Of a DNA stretch of 60,997 nucleotides, positions 17,492 to 27,328 are shown piece after piece (the stretch's first letter is position 1; each line of letters opens with the position of its first letter). Origin of the DNA: a virus. Taxonomy: Duplodnaviria; Caudoviricetes. The notes beneath the pieces were generated by a model, which saw only the letters and a list, made by a program, of their open reading frames with translations, ran no database searches and was not told where the DNA came from. The stretch covers positions 1 to 60,997 of IMG/VR virus record IMGVR_UViG_3300048591_000195, one strand, 5' to 3'. A program made the position numbers and the translations under genes.

Positions 17492-18315
17492 AATAAAGAT
17501 AACGCAGTTAAGTAGTTTTCAATTGCTGTCTCAACATCACCAAGTTCATCAATGCAATTGGCTCCATAAAAAACAAATGCTGATTTGTCATTACCAGCCC
17601 TACAATTTCTAAATGACGTTGCAGCGAGCGCTGGCGTTCCACCATGATTAGATGATGATATTTCTTCTGTGCCCTTATACAACCTAACAGGATTAGTTAA
17701 TGCACTATCATATTGAGCTGACCATAAATGGTTTCCGTCATCTGATTGCGCAGGAACTTGCAATACTGAATTATTTACTTTTAAGTAAGCAAAATTTGTT
17801 GATCTTCTCGGCTGAAGCCTGCAATAATCAACAGTTTGATCGTCTGATATATGTCCTCCTGTAACACTAAGGCTTTGACCGCCTGTTTTATAATACCCGA
17901 ATGAGCAATCATTTACCCCGTAATTAATAGCGTCAGCTGAAGGAGTGTAGTTATCCAATATATAACTTGTACCAGCCCCGGCAGTAAATCCTAATGTTAC
18001 AGAATATGTCAGGCTTCCTACTATCTCAGCTAAAAAAGCTGATGGATCTTTCAAATTAATTAACCCAAAGTTTGTATTGCCATTTTGAGCGTATAATCTT
18101 ATAATATCCATCTTATCCCAAAACGGAGTAGCTTTAAGTGCAACTATTAAATCATTAATCAGTGTTAAATTCTCTGGAGTTGGATGTGTATATCCGAGTA
18201 ATGTGGCTTCTGTTAATACAGCTTCTAAAGAAGGATCGTAGGTAGGGCCGATTCCTCCTATACTATTCTGTAATAGTATTGCATTAGCTATATTTAAAAG
18301 CCTTCTTTTGTCCAT
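17488..18315 (-). CDS. putative virion/tail protein
   Basis: IN.LI..LK...WDKMD...INLK.P motif, common in Bacteroidota phage tail regions. Confidence 0.6.
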   Translation of the reverse strand: MDKRRLLNIANAILLQNSIGGIGPTYDPSLEAVLTEATLLGYTHPTPENLTLINDLIVALKATPFWDKMDIIRLYAQNGNTNFGLINLKDPSAFLAEIVGSLTYSVTLGFTAGAGTSYILDNYTPSADAINYGVNDCSFGYYKTGGQSLSVTGGHISDDQTVDYCRLQPRRSTNFAYLKVNNSVLQVPAQSDDGNHLWSAQYDSALTNPVRLYKGTEEISSSNHGGTPALAATSFRNCRAGNDKSAFVFYGANCIDELGDVETAIENYLTALSLL

Positions 18316-18626
18316 TACTTCAAAATTTGAATAATAGCACTTGATGATGCCCCAAACTCAACAAAACAAACAGTTGGCCTTTTGCTTGAAGTTACAAATA
18401 TCTTTGCTGAATCTTCTTCGGCAGTATGTACCGGTGAATCGTCACCGACTACACCCTCGGTATTTACCTTCAATGTTCCTGCTGTTACAAGGATATACAA
18501 ATACAATTCACCGCTTTTGAACTTGCTGAACTCTCCTTTTGCATCCACAGGAAGTTTAATTGCGTGTTGTGTGTTGTTTCCCGAAATACTCATCGGGTTA
18601 GCTGTTAATATTATGTCTTCTCCCAT
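18315..18626 (-). CDS. small beta-rich virion protein
   Basis: 103 aa in the tail operon. Confidence 0.55.
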   Translation of the reverse strand: MGEDIILTANPMSISGNNTQHAIKLPVDAKGEFSKFKSGELYLYILVTAGTLKVNTEGVVGDDSPVHTAEEDSAKIFVTSSKRPTVCFVEFGASSSAIIQILK

Positions 18627-18644
18627 TGTCTTTTTTATTTAAAG

Positions 18645-19877
18645 TTAAAATACATTCGTGTAAAAATTATCATCCATTTGTGTCAGCCATACACTACCGG
18701 AAAACAATCCGAAACTTTCGTTAATCTCATTTATCTCGTAGTTGTCCTCCTGTACCCATGATCGGTTGCCTTCGTAAACTGAATTATGTTGTAATATTAA
18801 AATTAGTTTATGATGCCAGTATGGTGGCCCCGGATCAACCACTAATTGCTTTTGCTTCTTGGATGAGCTTGAAAGCTTAATAACATTACCCTCCGCATCC
18901 GGCTCGCTCTCTGTTTCCTGTTGGTTTCTTGGAGTGTAGAATTTACTCTTTACCCGTATGTGAAACGTAGGAGGATAATCTACATCGTACTGGATGCCGG
19001 CAAAGTCGAGTTCGTTTGTGTAGGATATTAGACGGGTGTCTAAGTGGTTTTCCTGGATGTCTTGTAAATCTGAATACGCAATATCTCTAAATGATCTTAC
19101 TAAAACAGATTTTATCCAATATGTTCTGGTTCCGCCTGACCTGGTGCCTACTATTTCTATTTCTTCAGCCCCATTAATTTGAACGTAGGATAATTCTAAT
19201 TCAATAACAGATGTTGATGAATACTCAGCAGAGGTATACAAAACATTACCCAATGCATCTTTAAGCCTTACCTTTAAATTTCCAAACCCACCACTCTGCT
19301 CCTGATCAATTGTTATATAATGAGTTGAATTTTCAGTAACTGTTAGTGATTTAGAAAATATCTCAGGCTGATCTGTTCCGCTTGATACACATTTTGCTGA
19401 ACCACTTAAATCAGATGAATGTACCCAAGGATCGCTAAATGTTGAAGTTTCACTTGTCCACCCATCTAAATCACTATCAAATTCATCATCTATTATCGTT
19501 AAGTCTTGATCAATCTTAAAATAAATTAATTTATCACAAATGTTTAATTCTGACAATGTAAACTCAACAATTCCATAATCACCAGATATTTCAAAATTTA
19601 GTGTTTCAAGTAATTGTGAATCTTCATCATAAATCTTTAATGTATAACCATTACCATCTACCGGAATTTGTATCTTTATCTCATCATCACAATTCCACGG
19701 TTGATAAAAACAAATCTTATCCACCCCCGCCTCGTCCAACTCGTTGAAAGAGGGCTCACCATTTAACCAAAACTGAACCGGTATCGCGTCACTTATTAAC
19801 ATAAAACAAGTTTTTACTTTGAAATCCTCTTTTCCGCACGATAAGAGAAACATTAACCCTATGAAAATTAACCTCAT
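18645..19877 (-). CDS. tail tip/baseplate protein (alternative start 19802)
   Basis: Position after the tape measure and hub genes; acidic and beta-rich. Confidence 0.6.
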   Translation of the reverse strand: MRLIFIGLMFLLSCGKEDFKVKTCFMLISDAIPVQFWLNGEPSFNELDEAGVDKICFYQPWNCDDEIKIQIPVDGNGYTLKIYDEDSQLLETLNFEISGDYGIVEFTLSELNICDKLIYFKIDQDLTIIDDEFDSDLDGWTSETSTFSDPWVHSSDLSGSAKCVSSGTDQPEIFSKSLTVTENSTHYITIDQEQSGGFGNLKVRLKDALGNVLYTSAEYSSTSVIELELSYVQINGAEEIEIVGTRSGGTRTYWIKSVLVRSFRDIAYSDLQDIQENHLDTRLISYTNELDFAGIQYDVDYPPTFHIRVKSKFYTPRNQQETESEPDAEGNVIKLSSSSKKQKQLVVDPGPPYWHHKLILILQHNSVYEGNRSWVQEDNYEINEINESFGLFSGSVWLTQMDDNFYTNVF

Positions 19878-22216
19878 ACATCTGTATTTTCTCCTAAAAG
19901 TACCAACATTTCGGCATATCCGCCAACGAGCTTGTAATCCAACTCCATGATAAAAGCCGCTACATGGTTCTCCGTTGTTCTGCTTATGCCTATTGCTTTT
20001 TTTCTTGTGGCTACTATCGTTTTATACTTTGCCCATGACATTGGAACCTTGCACTTGTAAAGTTTAGGGATGAATATAAAATCGGTAGTTACGTCTATGT
20101 CCTGATCTTCGGCCAAACCATAATCAACATCTTCCGGTGAAACCTCACAATCGCCCGAACTCAAAAGCGACTGCATGGAGTAGTTACCCTCACCGCTTGC
20201 AAAATATATCTTTTCTCCTGTGGTGTGTTGTAAGCACCCTTGTAAGAACGGCTGCCAACGCTTTACAATCCGTGCAACTGAATCACGAATGTTATACCGG
20301 AAATCAGGATTTAACAGGTTTGTAACTGAATCAAAGTTTTCTGAAAATTCAGGGGTGTAACCTGCTTCATATTCTGTCAGGCAAATGGATATTATCTCCT
20401 CATCATTTCGATCATCTTTGCCCAACTCTACCCGATTACGCCTTGATCTTTCAATAGCAAGCGAAGCCGCTAACCACTTACACAGTATTTTCAACTCCTG
20501 ACCTATGGTCGCAAACTTTGTGCGGTAGTTTCTTTTTGTTTGTGGATCATCAATGCCTGAATCAGATTCGGAACTCCATTTCTGAAAACCGATTTCTATT
20601 GCCTTGAAAATCTTATCCTGATCGTATGTCCTGACTAAATCTGAAACATTGTCGAATGTTACTGTAAAATCAGGATCATAAAAGTCTGAAATAGGCTCTA
20701 TCTCTATTTTAGGATTTCCGCCAACCTCAGTATATCCAAGCCCCAAGAATAGCAAAGGATTTGCACCCTCAAACCATTCATCGAACTTCATAAAAAATTC
20801 CTTGTTCAAATCAGGGTTTGAATTACCCGACATATTGTAGCCCCTTACATGCTTACCTCTCATAATTGCGCGTAGGCGTTTACAGGTATTGGTAAGGACA
20901 TCAGACTTTACAACAGAATCACGGCCTACTATTTTTGATAGTATGGATTCGGCTGCGTCTTTGATTAGGTAGGCATCGGTTTCTGTTTCATCAAAAATAG
21001 TATTACCTGTTAAATCAATGTATGTAGGTATATTCTCACCACTTGGAATATTTGGAAATGTAAACTCATCAAAATGAATTATTGTCAATTGATTTGTTAC
21101 ACTCGACTCAAACCATCTTACAAATAAACTTCTGTTTCTGCCCCAAACTATTAACGTCTCAATTGTTCCTCCCACATCACCGGAAGCAGCAAATGAACTT
21201 ATAATATCTCCATAAAAAGAAACTTCATCTCCTTTATTTAAATTAATACTGGAAAGTTCAATTTCAAAAGTAGAACTATTAAACTCTGTTATTGAAACTC
21301 GCCATCTTAATGGAAATCCTCCTGATTCAGGTAATGGAAGATAAGCTGAACCGTCATTATCCGTTTTAATAAAATTACCGGATAACGGAATTGGAATTTC
21401 ACCATTAACACGATACCTAAATTCAATTTCACCTATACCTTCTCCGATAGAAAGTATTCTATATTCATCCAGCGGATAGTTTGCTATTGATTGAAGAATA
21501 GAAACTTCTAATGAAATTTTAATTGAGTGTTCCCCTGAATAATCAGCTTGATAAGTATAGATAGGTTGACCTGTATTTATACCTGTTCCAAGATTTGAAA
21601 CTGTTTTCAATTCATCAATTTCAACCGTATCAGTACCAATCTGAACCAAATATCCAGCATTCAGTGCGGGAACCACACCAAGCCCAACCATACCTGCCTC
21701 ACCAAAATCAAGAAGTCTGTAATTTCTTTGCCTTAACATCTGACTCGGCAACGGCAAAACAATCTTACTAACAGGTGTGCGCGCATTGCCGTCTAAATCT
21801 ACCGTAGCCTCTAAATCAACAGGTGTACTTTTACGATTAATAAACTTAGCCCAAAAATCATCCCTGATAATCGGAGCCTGCTGTTTATAAAAGCTTCCTG
21901 CCTTCGCTATGTCCTCCTGCTGTGAAATATCTATCAGCCCATCAAAAACGGTTTCAAAGCCTGCCCCATACGTTACTTCTATCAAACACCTTAACTCCGC
22001 TTCCGGCCCCTGATCGTCCTCAACCTCGCGGATAACCTGACGGGCCAATCCATACCACAGGAACGAACCTTTAAAATATTCAACAAGCGAATGGTATTCT
22101 TTATGCCTTTCAAGGGAAATAGATGCGTTTTGCCAACCTAATGGAGCTGGAACTATTACACCAATTGGATATAGTGTATTATAAAAAGTAAATTTAAATT
22201 GAGGTGTTCCGGTCAT
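19874..22216 (-). CDS. tail hub/tip protein
   Basis: P.GW....ISLERH..YH N-terminus; follows the tape measure gene. Confidence 0.65.
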   Translation of the reverse strand: MTGTPQFKFTFYNTLYPIGVIVPAPLGWQNASISLERHKEYHSLVEYFKGSFLWYGLARQVIREVEDDQGPEAELRCLIEVTYGAGFETVFDGLIDISQQEDIAKAGSFYKQQAPIIRDDFWAKFINRKSTPVDLEATVDLDGNARTPVSKIVLPLPSQMLRQRNYRLLDFGEAGMVGLGVVPALNAGYLVQIGTDTVEIDELKTVSNLGTGINTGQPIYTYQADYSGEHSIKISLEVSILQSIANYPLDEYRILSIGEGIGEIEFRYRVNGEIPIPLSGNFIKTDNDGSAYLPLPESGGFPLRWRVSITEFNSSTFEIELSSINLNKGDEVSFYGDIISSFAASGDVGGTIETLIVWGRNRSLFVRWFESSVTNQLTIIHFDEFTFPNIPSGENIPTYIDLTGNTIFDETETDAYLIKDAAESILSKIVGRDSVVKSDVLTNTCKRLRAIMRGKHVRGYNMSGNSNPDLNKEFFMKFDEWFEGANPLLFLGLGYTEVGGNPKIEIEPISDFYDPDFTVTFDNVSDLVRTYDQDKIFKAIEIGFQKWSSESDSGIDDPQTKRNYRTKFATIGQELKILCKWLAASLAIERSRRNRVELGKDDRNDEEIISICLTEYEAGYTPEFSENFDSVTNLLNPDFRYNIRDSVARIVKRWQPFLQGCLQHTTGEKIYFASGEGNYSMQSLLSSGDCEVSPEDVDYGLAEDQDIDVTTDFIFIPKLYKCKVPMSWAKYKTIVATRKKAIGISRTTENHVAAFIMELDYKLVGGYAEMLVLLGENTDV

Positions 22217-22253
22217 CTAACTCTTTGTATTTTTTCATATTTGGCCTTTTTCA

Positions 22254-25200
22254 TTAGTACCCCATTGATTTACGCCTGATTAATTTCTTAGAGCCGTCTA
22301 CCCTCCTTTTAGCCTCATATACGAGACTTCCCTGACTTACCAGGTCTCCGGGGGCACTTTCAATAACTGCCTTTATAAGGGCTTTATTGCCGTCTCTGAT
22401 CTCGCTCTTTAAACCGTCAATATGAGCATACAAGGCATAATCCGCCCTAACGCTATCAACCCGTCTTAGTGAACCCATAGCGAGCATTTTCAATGTCTCA
22501 TCATGTGGGAATATTTCAGTGCCAACGGGCAACTTCATTACCGTAGCCGTGTCGGGTGTGATGCCAAACTTTCCGGATGGAGTTCGGTACAACTCGGAAC
22601 CGGCTTCACCGGCTATAATTGTAGGTGTTTTGGTAACACCACCCTCCTCGAATTGTGGGATTGGCTTAGCCGCAATAGTGGCCACTTGAATGGCACCTAA
22701 AGCAGCCGCAAGAGCCATTAAAGCAAAATTAGGGAATGCCTCTACAACGTTAATAGCTGTCTGAATCCCTACAGATACAATCCCCTGAGCCTTCTCCAAT
22801 CTGGCCTGCTTCTGCTGCTCTGCTCTCCTTTTGCGCTCAAGATTAGCTTTTCTTGCCTCTGCGTTCCTCTCAATCTGTTCCTTTGCCCTGTCGTTATCTC
22901 CGGCTAATTCAATTTCCCTCCTTGTTTGTTCTTCAAGTGCTTTAATTTCCAAGTCAATGTTTTGAAGCCTTCTGGCAGAAATAGCACCAAATAAGTTTAC
23001 GATTGTAACTGAATACTCCTCAAATGCAGCCTGTAATTTTTGTAAAAACTCATGAGTTTGCTCGAGTTGCGTCTTTTCTCTATCCTGCTGCTGATTAAAT
23101 ACAGCATCGTTCAAGTCCATCTTTAACTTTGCCAAAGCCCTTTCAAGCGCTGCCCTTTCATCTGTTCCTTCTTCTGTCAAGGCTATTATTGCCTCCATCG
23201 TCTGTATTTCGATGGCAATGAAATTATCAGCAAAAGACCTTCTGATTTTCGCTATCTCATCCTCGCCCTGCTGAATGGTTAATTTCCGATTCTTAACATC
23301 GTTTTGAACCTGAACGATTTGAGCGTTCATGTTATCGACTTCTTCCTGAATTAACTTCTCGCCCCTTTCCTTCGCTTTGTCAATTTCAGTTTTTGTACGA
23401 TCGTCATTTCCTTTTGAAATAATCTCGTTGATTCTGGCCTGTGTCTGCTCAATTATAGCCAATTCCTGATCAGAACCGGATTTGATGCCTCTTAATTTTT
23501 CAGATAGCAGCAACATTTCAAGTTCTATTTCCTTGTCTACACGCTGCTCTACATCGGTTGTTCTTTTTATGTCCTGCTCTATGTTGAATTTTGCTAACTC
23601 AAATCTTGCCTTTCTCTCTGCTTCGAGAAACTTCTTTTGTTCTTCCGTGATTCTTTGAGCAGCTTTAAATCTACTTTCTTCCTCACTTTTTATTTTAGTT
23701 AAATCATTGAAATAGTCATTATTTGTTGAATTGAAAAGCCCAAGACTTTTTGTTAAATCTTCAGACAATGAAATTAACTCCTCTTGAAGATTTACTCTTT
23801 TTTGTTCTTCTGATCTTATACCGACATTCAAATCAAAAATTCTTGATTGCATCGCTTCAAATTGACGACCATCTTCACGTCCACCAAGCTGCGGGCCTTG
23901 ATCAACTTTTTCTTGGAGTTCTGCGATTTCTTTTCGCATATCCCTTTCATTGATTAATGATTCTGTTATTTGTTTTTGAACTTTAGCAAGTTCTTCTTCA
24001 GCAGAAGTTAGCGCAATCTTTCTTAGAAACTGATCGTTTACCTCCTTCATTCTTGCTGAAATTTCTTCATTTGAAACTTTCTCATCATCCAAGTTTTTAA
24101 GAAAGCTTGGATATTTAGACTGAAGTTCATCAATTAATGTCTTTCTCGCTTCTTGCGTTATGTTAACATCTGTTATCGCTCTTGTTAAAACATTCAATTC
24201 AGCCTGCTCTCTTATCAAACCATCCGATAATCTATTTATCGGTGTTATAAGACTTAAAAATCCAGTAGCTAATTGTGTTACAGACCTAAGTAACTTTGAA
24301 AACTGACTATCGCCAGCTGTAAGAGCCAAAACCAATCCCTCCCAAGCTGACTTTAATAAAAGAACATCGCCCCTCAAATTATCACCCATCGTTCTGGCCA
24401 TATCCTCGGCTGCCCCTTCCGCGTTGTTCAAAGTCTTTTCCAACTTAGTAACGCTGTCAACTCCATCAACCAATGAAAGAAAAGCACTAACAGACCTTTG
24501 GTCGGTTAAATCAAATGCCTCTGATAAATCAATGTTTTCATCTTTCAACTGACGCAACCCGCGTAACAATGAAGGAATGTCTTTTACAGGTTCCTTTAAA
24601 CTTTGTGAAAGAGCACCGCCTGAATCAGCCAATTTTAAAAATATGTTTCTTAAAGTCGTTCCGATTGTGGAAGCCTGGAATCCCCTATTCGCAAGCTCGC
24701 CCATCAATGCAGCCGTGCCCTCTAATGATATTCCAAGTGTCTTTGCGTTGGCAGCAACGTAAGGCATAGCGGTTGCAAGCTTCTGAAAATCTAAACCGGA
24801 TGATGCAGTTGCCTTAGACAACACATCATTAACACGGGTTATTTCCTTTGCTTCTAATCCAAATGCCCTTAACGTGGCACCGGACAAAGCCGCCTGTTCA
24901 CCAAGATCACTACCCAAAGCAAGTGCAGCATCTGCCGTTGATTTGGTCATTTCCTTTACATCTGAAATAGGAAAACCAAGTTTTGCAAGCTCTACCTGTA
25001 ATTGTGCGTACTGGCTGGCCGTGAATTGTGTTGTACGGCCTAACTCTTGTTGTTGTTGGGCAAGTTCTGCTGCTTCTAATTTTGTTGCGCCTAATACCGC
25101 TTTTAATCTTGAATTTTGATATTCATAATCAATGGTAAGCTGGACGGCTCCCTTCAATACGCGGGCGAAAATAGCAACTCCACCAATTAAACCAAATGCA

Positions 25201-25928
25201 CCTAAAAAGCCACGCAATGATGACGCTGCGGCTCCAAAGGTTCCGGCATAATTACCAACGTTCCTCTGGAATTGGCCTACCGCATTATCAATAGCTTGAA
25301 CCCTCGCATTCAGTTGTGTTACTACGGCCTGTTGCGCCTTCAATTGCTGCGTACTTGCCGTACCGGATGCCGCAAGGTTTTTATAGGATGTACGGGCCTT
25401 TTCAAGGGCTACGGTTAATTTTTGATATTCTCCTCCTACTGTTTTTGTAAGTAATATTTCTTGCTTTGTTTCTCTATTCAGTTGCTGAATCCTTTGACGG
25501 TATTCTGCTATCCTTACATTAGCATCATTAATACGCTTGGTATATTCCTGACGGGTTAAAGTTCCCTGTTTAAGAAGTTGTAAATCCTCCTTTTGGTCTT
25601 TTAACTGTTCCCGGATTCTCTGCTTCAATGATTCACGCTTCTGTATCAACTGATCGAGTGAAGCTGATTCCTGTGAGTACCTCTGCTTTGCGCTGGCAGC
25701 TATGTTTTTTTGAAGGCTCTCCAATTCCTTCTGAGAATCGGTCAGCTTCTTGGTTTCATTCGATACCTGATTGATTGACTTCGCTACAAGAATATTCGCC
25801 TCTGACTGCTTGCCTAACTTCAATAACTTCTCCAATGAAGCAATAGCCTCATCAATGTTCTGCTTAAGACGCCTCGGTGAATCTGCCGCGCCTTGCGAAA
25901 TTATATCGTTATCAGTTATTTCAGCCAT
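22254..25928 (-). CDS. tape measure protein (TP901-like core)
   Basis: 1224 aa, helical; FQRNVGNY, TTQFTASQ..LAKLGF, GTTLRNIF, MGDNLRGD, IAAKPIPQFEEGG. Confidence 0.95.
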   Translation of the reverse strand: MAEITDNDIISQGAADSPRRLKQNIDEAIASLEKLLKLGKQSEANILVAKSINQVSNETKKLTDSQKELESLQKNIAASAKQRYSQESASLDQLIQKRESLKQRIREQLKDQKEDLQLLKQGTLTRQEYTKRINDANVRIAEYRQRIQQLNRETKQEILLTKTVGGEYQKLTVALEKARTSYKNLAASGTASTQQLKAQQAVVTQLNARVQAIDNAVGQFQRNVGNYAGTFGAAASSLRGFLGAFGLIGGVAIFARVLKGAVQLTIDYEYQNSRLKAVLGATKLEAAELAQQQQELGRTTQFTASQYAQLQVELAKLGFPISDVKEMTKSTADAALALGSDLGEQAALSGATLRAFGLEAKEITRVNDVLSKATASSGLDFQKLATAMPYVAANAKTLGISLEGTAALMGELANRGFQASTIGTTLRNIFLKLADSGGALSQSLKEPVKDIPSLLRGLRQLKDENIDLSEAFDLTDQRSVSAFLSLVDGVDSVTKLEKTLNNAEGAAEDMARTMGDNLRGDVLLLKSAWEGLVLALTAGDSQFSKLLRSVTQLATGFLSLITPINRLSDGLIREQAELNVLTRAITDVNITQEARKTLIDELQSKYPSFLKNLDDEKVSNEEISARMKEVNDQFLRKIALTSAEEELAKVQKQITESLINERDMRKEIAELQEKVDQGPQLGGREDGRQFEAMQSRIFDLNVGIRSEEQKRVNLQEELISLSEDLTKSLGLFNSTNNDYFNDLTKIKSEEESRFKAAQRITEEQKKFLEAERKARFELAKFNIEQDIKRTTDVEQRVDKEIELEMLLLSEKLRGIKSGSDQELAIIEQTQARINEIISKGNDDRTKTEIDKAKERGEKLIQEEVDNMNAQIVQVQNDVKNRKLTIQQGEDEIAKIRRSFADNFIAIEIQTMEAIIALTEEGTDERAALERALAKLKMDLNDAVFNQQQDREKTQLEQTHEFLQKLQAAFEEYSVTIVNLFGAISARRLQNIDLEIKALEEQTRREIELAGDNDRAKEQIERNAEARKANLERKRRAEQQKQARLEKAQGIVSVGIQTAINVVEAFPNFALMALAAALGAIQVATIAAKPIPQFEEGGVTKTPTIIAGEAGSELYRTPSGKFGITPDTATVMKLPVGTEIFPHDETLKMLAMGSLRRVDSVRADYALYAHIDGLKSEIRDGNKALIKAVIESAPGDLVSQGSLVYEAKRRVDGSKKLIRRKSMGY

Positions 25929-26139
25929 TTCTTATAACCTCTACTTTCAAATTCTTTATTATCTGCTTACCAAAACAAACCCAGTAATGCGGGTCAAATA
26001 CTTTCTTCTCCCCATTAGAATACTCTACCGTTGTCGGGCCAAACTTGTCGTAGATCATATTCAACTCAGTATCACTACTGCATTTCTCAATAGAATCCTG
26101 TAAACCGTCAATCTCTTTTATCAAATCCTCGTTTGTCAT
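25921..26139 (-). CDS. hypothetical protein
   Basis: 72 aa between the chaperone and tape measure genes. Confidence 0.55.
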   Translation of the reverse strand: MTNEDLIKEIDGLQDSIEKCSSDTELNMIYDKFGPTTVEYSNGEKKVFDPHYWVCFGKQIIKNLKVEVIRNG

Positions 26140-26852
26140 TTCTTGCGCTTAACTTTCTCATTCAAAGCATCGGCTTTTTGCTTTGCCCGCTTCTTTAATC
26201 GGTTGTACTTGGCAAGGGTAATGTTATCACCCACAGTCCAACCTAATGAAAATTCAAGGTCGGCTATCAAATCCTCATACCCATCTCTCTTAGCCCCATG
26301 ATGAACAGCGGAAAACTTCTCCAATTCATTTTTTTTGCTCTTGATTTTTGTAACTAATGCCCCGGACTTACTAACTGCTTTGGCAAGTGAATCAGAATAA
26401 CTATCATCATCGGTATCGTCAATCTTGTATCCTTTCTTTCTCAACTCCTCAATGATTGCAGGGTCTTTCTTTAACGACAAAATCATAAACATGACTTTGC
26501 AATTAAACTCTTGCGCAACCAACAAACTGTAACCCTGATAAAGCGAAAAATAGGACTGATATTGAAAAGATGAATTCTCCTCGGAGTTCCTTTGAATGAT
26601 TGCCTCCCAACACTCAATAAGATACTCAAGCGTTGCCTCTCCCTCAATTACCAACTTCTCAAACTCATTTGTTTCGGCTATATCCAAAAACAACCGGAAA
26701 GGAATATCATCATAACGATATACCCTAACGGCCCCGGATGGTTTGCCTGACAAAGGCTTGGAGGTCTGGAAGGATGTAGTTCCTTGCAAGGTCTCTGAGG
26801 TTTGCTTTGTTGAGTCCGAATATTTCTGTTGGTTCTGCATTTCTTCTTTCAT
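26136..26852 (-). CDS. putative tail assembly chaperone (true start may be downstream)
   Basis: Position upstream of the tape measure gene; helical. Confidence 0.5.
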   Translation of the reverse strand: MKEEMQNQQKYSDSTKQTSETLQGTTSFQTSKPLSGKPSGAVRVYRYDDIPFRLFLDIAETNEFEKLVIEGEATLEYLIECWEAIIQRNSEENSSFQYQSYFSLYQGYSLLVAQEFNCKVMFMILSLKKDPAIIEELRKKGYKIDDTDDDSYSDSLAKAVSKSGALVTKIKSKKNELEKFSAVHHGAKRDGYEDLIADLEFSLGWTVGDNITLAKYNRLKKRAKQKADALNEKVKRKK

Positions 26853-27177
26853 CCAATCTTTGAAGTATCACGGTCGTTTTACTGTCTCGTGAATCGAATA
26901 TCGCCCTACCTCCTTCTATCCTTACAAAAAAGCCTCTGTAAAACTCCCCGGTGTCAAACAACCTCCACGGCCCCGCTGGCTTACCGAAAATATTTACAGA
27001 GGCATCACTATACTCAGGCAATAATAGCCCTTGTGAATCTCTACCGCTAAAAAGCTGGTCAGTATTCAGGTTAGTCGCTGTCTGCTCGTGAACCTTCACC
27101 AAAGAGACCGCTTTCGCCTTCATTACCTCCGGTGTGAGCCTTCCGAGCCTTTGGCTTAGTTCCTTTAACTTTCCCAT
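26725..27177 (-). CDS. tail completion/neck protein
   Basis: LN.DQL..G.DS.G..L.EYS...RLFDTGEFY..F..IFGL motif. Confidence 0.65.
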   Translation of the reverse strand: MGKLKELSQRLGRLTPEVMKAKAVSLVKVHEQTATNLNTDQLFSGRDSQGLLLPEYSDASVNIFGKPAGPWRLFDTGEFYRGFFVRIEGGRAIFDSRDSKTTVILQRLDERRNAEPTEIFGLNKANLRDLARNYILPDLQAFVRQTIRGR

Positions 27178-27328
27178 CTTCTGCTTTCTTTCCTGTGAGC
27201 CTGAAATACTCCGATCTCAGTTTCTCCATCCGCTTGGGTTCATAAGAAATAGGAAAGAAGTTCCCGTACTCTGACAGGAACTCCTCCCATGTTATACCCT
27301 TGCGGACTTTAAGTATCCGCTTTGCCAT
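27071..27328 (-). CDS. small tail-region protein
   Basis: Coupled to the stop of the major tail gene. Confidence 0.5.
   Translation of the reverse strand: MAKRILKVRKGITWEEFLSEYGNFFPISYEPKRMEKLRSEYFRLTGKKAEDGKVKGTKPKARKAHTGGNEGESGLFGEGSRADSD

Noticed and set aside
9279-22216. Diversity-generating retroelement acting on tail genes
   Set aside because: No reverse transcriptase and no TR/VR repeat pair seen
27168-27177. Lambda-type GGGAAAG slippery site for a tail chaperone frameshift
   Set aside because: The phase is wrong for a -1 shift out of the upstream 85-aa ORF; it lies at codons 1-3 of the next gene
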